From: the human T2T-CHM13v2.0 reference genome, Homo sapiens
Assembly (NCBI RefSeq): GCF_009914755.1
Contig: NC_060946.1
Length of the DNA stretch: 64,000 nucleotides
Reading direction: 5' to 3' (one strand)
This document shows, piece by piece, positions 43,451-64,000 of this stretch. The position numbers were made by a program, and so were the translations under genes. The number at the start of each line of letters is the position of its first letter. Positions within the stretch are counted from its first letter, which is position 1. A model generated the notes under the pieces. That model made no database searches. It was not told the origin of the DNA and saw nothing but the letters and a program-made list of their open reading frames with translations.

Positions 43451-44285
43451 TTGTGGTGCACGGGCAAGACTGCAACAATATGTTTTCTGCTTGCTTGTTT
43501 GGACTGGCCTCTTCCTAACTCTCCAGAGTGCTCTCTCCCCACTGTGGCCCTGAGCTTTGCCTCACGGTAACACTGTGCTGCATGACACTCCAGCATGATC
43601 TGCATGTTTCTCACCTCCGGACCTTCCCCACACAACTTTCTTGCTGCTTGGACCACCCTTCCCACCTATTTTCAACTGTTTCTCTCCAGCGCATCTTTCA
43701 TGATAAGGCTTGAGTGGAAGCTGTATCCGAGGCTGAAGGTTATCCATGCAGCTTTGAAACCATCTGTTTATGCTTCTGTTTACCCCCCAAATACTGTTTA
43801 CCCCAATACTCAAAGTCAAGGTTGGTGACTCAACAATTTTCAGAACTTCTAGCTTATCAGTATAGCTTTATTGTACTGAACTGAGTTTTTCACCATGCTG
43901 TTACTGTCTTTGAGGTTAAAAAGCCCCCAACATTCACTCCTATTTGAATCATCTGTGCAAGACTCAAGCAGCTATGAATTCAACCACAGTGTAAAGTTCT
44001 TCCCTACAATGCTTTATTGTTATTCTAGCTCCCAAGAGAGTACCATCTTTCAGCCCAAGACCCTTGACAGAACCCCTTCAACTCTGTCGCCTTTTTTCAT
44101 CTCTGGAATTCTGACACCACCCATGACCCCTCTTCTTGTTCATTTACTAGGTTTTGTTCCTTTTTTTCCTTTTGTTTCAATATCCTATTGTATCTGTTCC
44201 TTTTGGGCTTCACATCCTTTTTGGAAAGAGAGGCACAGGTAATATAATGAATGAGGATGCTCCTCCTCCCTGGTTCCCTCTAAGT

Positions 44286-44502
44286 CAAGTTTCTCCAACG
44301 CGCTGGTCTGCTTGGCTTTGAATGCGGCTCAACACAAATTCATAAACTTTCTTACAACATTTTGAGATTTTTTGGTGATTTTTATTTTTATTATTTATTT
44401 ATTTATTAACTTATCAGCTATCCTTAGTGTTAGTGTATTTTATGTGTGGCCCAAAACAATTCTTCCAACGTGGCCCAGGGAAACCAAAAGATTGGACACC
44501 CC
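44286..44502. mobile_element. MER30-like hAT-Charlie DNA transposon fossil
   Basis: Motifs ggctttgaatgcggc, caaattcataaactttctta and gtggcccagggaaaccaaaagattggacaccc. Confidence 0.75.
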
Positions 44503-44693
44503 GCTCTAAGTGTTCCCCAAGTTTCCACTGTTTTCAGAGCACATGTCCCAGGTAATAACACACAGCCCATCATTTAGTGACTGCTCAGGGTGCAAGCTGT
44601 GGAGAAGAGAGTCCGACTACGAGCTGGTGCTCTAAGCCTCCAGCACGCTAGGACTGACGACGGGGATCCGGAAACAACAAGCTCCACTCCCGC

Positions 44694-44694
<1 letters not shown>

Positions 44695-44752
<58 letters not shown>

Positions 44753-44808
44753 ACGCACACGCGCACGCGCGCACACACGCGCACACACGCGCGCACGCGC
44801 GCGCGCGC
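44695..44808. repeat. Compound (AC)24 grading into mixed AC/GC and (GC)n; 114 bp of alternating purine-pyrimidine
   Basis: 57 uninterrupted RC dinucleotides by direct reading. Confidence 0.95.
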
Positions 44809-44921
44809 CGCCCAAGGGTAGCCGTCTGCAGGGCCCCAGCTAAGCAGCCCGCGGAGAGCGAGCGGCGCGTGCGCCCCCGCTGATTGGCTGGCACAACCGG
44901 CACCGGAGCCAATGGGAGCAC
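44809..44921 (+). promoter_or_regulatory. CABIN1: CpG-island core promoter (probably CABIN1)
   Basis: NRF1-like GCGCGTGCGC 44865-44874, ATTGG 44883-44887, CCAAT 44909-44913; CpG-rich from about 44600 to 45400. Confidence 0.7.
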
Positions 44922-45692
44922 GCCTTGTTGTCAGGCGCGCAGCCGGACGGCGCGGTGGTCGGGACAGACTGGCCGTTGCTGTGGAGACGCCTGGTGAGTT
45001 CCTGGAAGGCTGGTTTGAAGGCGGTGCCGGGGTGGGGGTGAGGCTCAGCAGAGCCCGGGGCACAGGCCGGAGGGGCTGCAGGCGCGAGGCTGGGTTACGT
45101 GAGGAAGCTGGGGGTTTCGCGGGCAGCTTTAGAGCCCCAGTCAGGGAAACCGAGGCCGGGCTTCCTGGCTGCCTCGCGAGCCTCTTCATGGCTCTCGCCG
45201 CCGCCCTGAGGTGCCTAGAATGGGTTCCGGCCTCCGGGGAGGTTCCCAGTAACCGCAGGAGCCACCATTGATTTGGCGTCTGCTGGGTGCAAAGCCCAGC
45301 GCGCTAACCCTTTACTCGCGACCTTTCGCTTCACCTTCACAGCAGCCCTGCGAGGTGAGTGTTGTTATTGGTGCCATTTACAGGGGTGGAAACTGAGGCC
45401 GCGGGTAGGTGAAATGATTTGCTCCAAGTCACCCAGTGGGTGAGCGCGACTCCAGACTGAAAATTTTGACCGTTCTGCTTCACTGCCTCCCCGCAAGAGG
45501 CGGGCCCTGGCCAGATGGAACTCACCTGGCATTCCCAAGGTATCTGCACAAGTGGCTTTGGGAGTCACTTAACTCTTCAGGACCTGGGTTATTACAGGTT
45601 ATAAGTGTGGGACCGTCGGATTCCATGTGGCTAAGATTCTTTCTATGTGATTATTGTGGTTAGAAATAGAATATGCTTAGAACAGTCTCGTT

Positions 45693-46037
45693 CAGCGGTC
45701 GGCAAACTTTTGTTGTAAATATATCAGTGTTTACATTGTTATATTGTAAGTATAATGAGTATAATAGTATTCATAATAGTAGTTTAGGCTTGGGGGGTCC
45801 ATACTCTGTCTACTTAACTGTAGCGATGTAGTGTGGATACAGCCAAAGACAATACATAACAGACTAGCTGCGTCGCAATAAAATTTTAATTATAGGGACC
45901 GAAGTTTTAATTTTATATATTGTTAATATAATTTTCACGTGTCATGATTTTTTTTCCCAAATATGAAAAAATGTAAAAACCATTCTTTGCTCGTGGGCTG
46001 TACAAAAAGGGTGGGCTGGTTAGCTTGCAGAACCCTC
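45693..46037. mobile_element. MER58B-like hAT-Charlie DNA transposon fossil
   Basis: Starts cagcggtcggcaaacttt; internal cagccaaagacaatac and aaaccattctttgctcgtgggctgtacaaaa. Confidence 0.7.
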
Positions 46038-46353
46038 ATCTAGTACAAAGCCTCATACATGAGGGGAAACAGACTGAGAGACTGACATCTATGTCAAGTC
46101 AGTCACACAGCCAGGGCACTGCCACCACTGAGCTTAAGACATAGGCTTCCCACCTTCCAGGCCAGGAAACATCCCCAGTTATCACTCTGGATCAGGGTGC
46201 TGAGGTCTGAAGGTGTGCTACTCTTTATCGTGTTCTGAGGCCATGGAAACTATATTCTAAGGGGTTTGGAAACTTATTAGCTTAGACTAATAAGCCTGGT
46301 GAATGTGCTGCTATCTGAGGAAATGCAGCTGCTGGGCTGGGAGTCAGAAATGA

Positions 46354-61100
<14,747 letters not shown>

Positions 61101-61116
61101 ATACCTTTTATCAGAT

Positions 61117-61510
61117 TGCTATGGTTTGAATGTATCCCCCACAGTTTATATGTTGGAAATGTAATCCCCGATGCAACAGTGTTGACAAGTGGAACCTTTA
61201 AGAGTTAATTAGGTCATGAGGGATCTGCCTTTATGAGTGGATTAATGTTGTTATTATGGGAATAGGTTCATTATTGCAAGGATGGGCTTGTTACAGAAGT
61301 GAGTTCATCCCCCTTTTGCTTTGTCATGCTCTCTCACCCTTCTGCCTTCCACCACGCAGTGATGCAGTAAGGCCTTTGCCAGGTACTGGCACTGGCGCCA
61401 TGCTCTTTGACTCTCCAGTTTCCAGGACTGTGAGCCAATACATTACTGTTTTTTTATAAATTACCCAGGCTCAGATATTCTGTTATAGCAGCACCAAATT
61501 GACTAAGATA
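61117..61510. mobile_element. MaLR solo LTR (MST family)
   Basis: Starts tgctatggtttgaatg, ends gactaagata; 5-bp TSD CAGAT at 61112-61116 and 61511-61515. Confidence 0.85.
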
Positions 61511-61573
61511 CAGATTGAGGAGGTCTCTTCCACTTTGGGTCTACTGGCAGGTTTTTTTTTTTTTTAATCATTA

Positions 61574-61938
61574 CAGTCATGCTTCAGAGATATTGTGGGT
61601 TTGGTTCCAGACCACTGCAATAAAGTGAATATCTATCACAATAAAGCAAGTCACACAAATTTTTTGGTTTCCCAGTACATATAAAAGTTAATGTTTATAC
61701 TGTACTATAGTCTATTAAGTGTGCAGCAGCATTATATCTAAAAAAATGTACATACCTTAGTTAAGAAATACTTTATTGCTAAAAAATGCTGACACAGAAA
61801 CCCAAAGTAAGCACATGCTCTTGGAAAAATGACACTTACCAACTTTCTTGACAAAGGGCTGCCACAGACTTTCAATTAATCAAAAACACAGTACCTGTGA
61901 AGCTCAATAAAGTAAAGCACAGAAAAATGAAGTGTGTC
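61574..61938. mobile_element. Internally deleted Tigger1-type DNA transposon
   Basis: TA then cagtcatgcttcagagatattgtgggtttggttccagaccactgcaataaag at one end; ttggaaaaatg...gggctgccacagactttcaat...aataaagtaaagcac at the other. Confidence 0.7.
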
Positions 61939-62686
61939 AAAAAAACGGGGACTGTTAAAGTCCTATTTCAGCTGAGATGAGAATGCTCCTCCTCGTATGG
62001 GAGTGCTACAGTCCATGGTGTTAACAGAACCATCAGTGAGCCATGTCTCTGCAGGCTGCCTCTGCATTGAGGTACTTCTGAAGCTTGCCCTGTCCTTCAA
62101 AGGTCATCCTGTGAATGATGGATGCTGGTCGTGGAGAAAGATTTGACTGAAAAGTTAAATGTGTCCTATCCTCCAGTCGTTTTTTTCCAGCCCTTGTTCT
62201 GTCTTTGTTATGGAGAGGTGCAGTTGTATGACTATTCCATCCTTAGGAATATGGTTACAGGGCTCAGCTTCCTTATGTCTAATATGAGGATGCACGTTTG
62301 TTCTGCACAGGAAGCACTTTGTTTTCTGCTTGACTTGTGGTACTTCTCCCTGTGTGGAGGGTATGACTGAATAACAGGTGAGCTGTCTAGAAACCACTCA
62401 TGTACTCACTTGTCTCTTCCTTCATGGGATTTGGTACCAGATATAGTGGTACAAAGATAAATAGGACAGGATTGCTGCCTTTGGGAAGTTTACAAGGCTA
62501 TTAAGAGGGACAGACCCAGAGGCAGGGTGATTTCCACTGAAGAGGTGAGGGCATGTAGAGGGGACATTTAGAAAGAACCATCTCTTGCTGTGCCAAATCA
62601 GTGTAAGATTTTTAGTTTTAAAAAGATGTTTTATTTGTATATCTTAGGAAAAATTCTTGCAGGTACTCGATATTTAAAAACTCAAG

Positions 62687-63180
62687 GCCAGGTACGGTGG
62701 CTCATACCTATAACAGCACTTTGGGAGGCCGAGACAGGTGGATCGCTTGAGGCCAGGAGTTTGAAACCAGCCTGGCTAACATGGTGAAACCCTGTTTCTA
62801 CTAAAAATACAAAAATTAGCCAGACGTGGTGGAGCATGCCTGTAATGCCAGTTACTCAGGAGGCTGAGACATGAGAATCACTTGAACCCAGGAGTTGGAG
62901 GTTGCAGTGAGCCTCAAGCCAAGGCCTTAAGCCGAGGCGCTTGAGCTCAAGGGTTCAAGACCAACCTGGACAACATAGTGAAACCCCGTCTCTACAAAAA
63001 AACAATTAAAAATTTAGCCAGGCATGGTGCCATGCATTTGCAGTCCCAGCTACTGAGGAAGCTGAGATGGGAAGATTGCCTGAGCCCAGGAGGCTGAGGC
63101 TGCAGTGAGCTGAGGTGAGATTGTGCCACTGCACTCCAGCCTGGGCAACAGAGTGAGACCCTGTCTTAAAAAAAAAAAAA
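62687..63180 (+). mobile_element. Compound Alu (AluS truncated into a partial AluJ)
   Basis: Alu consensus to about 62912, a short non-consensus junction, then a second 5'-truncated Alu with A tail. Confidence 0.8.
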
Positions 63181-64000
63181 TGGTAGTTGCTAGTAAAGGG
63201 GATTATACAGTACATGTTCAAAGCCCCCACAGTCTTCCCAATGTGTCCATTATTCTGGCTTCTTCTTAATTTTGCTACTGGAAATTTTGGAGTAGCTGAG
63301 GAAGAGTGGTAATGATGGAGTGGAAATAGAAGGCAGTGGGCAGAAGGGGTGCTGGTCTCATGGACCTAATGTATGTGATGAGTCTATATGAGAATCATTT
63401 TTTAGGTTTTCCTTGATGAAATGTTGTGTAGACAGTAAAACTGTATACCTACAAGTATGCCTCAGTTCAGTATGTGTCTGTGCCCAGGAGACACATTGAA
63501 AAGCAGTGCCCAGCTTAAAACTTGGGTTCTGCTGCCCACCAGCTGGGCAGCCTGAGGCAAATCACCTAACGTGGCAAGCCTGAGGTACCTCCCTATAAAA
63601 TGGGAGCTGGTCTTTGTGAGTTTTTGATTAGCATGTAATACTTGGGCATTGAATAGCTTTTTGCTGGTACTTTTATTAGAGAATTGGAAATTTTGTTTTC
63701 TGCTTTATGGAGTGATGTTGATGATGCATAAGTGATGGCCCAACAGCCTGAGCAAATACAATTTATTCTATGGCCATCAGCAAACCTGTTCGGAGCTCTT
63801 GCAGGGCATCAGTTGTGGCTCTTAGCTGAAGCATAATAGCTCACAGCTGTGCATGTCCAGGGGCAGGCAGGAGACTCTTTGCTGTCACTTTTTGCTGTGC
63901 TAGAAAGAGTACTGGGCTTTGAGTCCTATTTTTGTCTCTTTTTAGCATTATGACTTTGGGCAGGTCAGCTAGTCTCCCTAAGCCTTGGTTTCCTAATCTG

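Noticed and set aside
43560-44270. Possible transposase or processed-pseudogene remnant
   Set aside because: Only a weak GFKA-W resemblance; no sustained reading frame; would need a Dfam or BLAST search.
44574-45189. ORFs with poly-HT, poly-CV and poly-AR runs
   Set aside because: Translations of the dinucleotide microsatellite and CpG island.

Overview
Human-type genomic DNA, Alu/L1-rich, from the glutathione S-transferase theta cluster at 22q11.23 on a GSTT1-positive haplotype. Order: Gstt3-like pseudogene (exons 1-3 only, +); two-exon D-dopachrome tautomerase-like copy (+); intact GSTT1 (-, 5 exons, 240 aa, Thr104 allele); a GSTT4-type gene (-) at the position I recall being annotated as pseudogene GSTTP2, which here splices into an intact 241-aa ORF with all GT-AG sites, catalytic Ser11 and its own AATAAA; a compact, disabled, divergent theta-class paralogue (-); then a CpG-island promoter with a 114-bp Z-DNA-type microsatellite and non-coding first exon(s), assigned to CABIN1 by synteny, followed by about 19 kb of repeat-dense intron 1. 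No rRNA, tRNA or CRISPR features are seen. Exon boundaries were worked out by hand; repeat family names come from recalled consensus motifs and need RepeatMasker confirmation.
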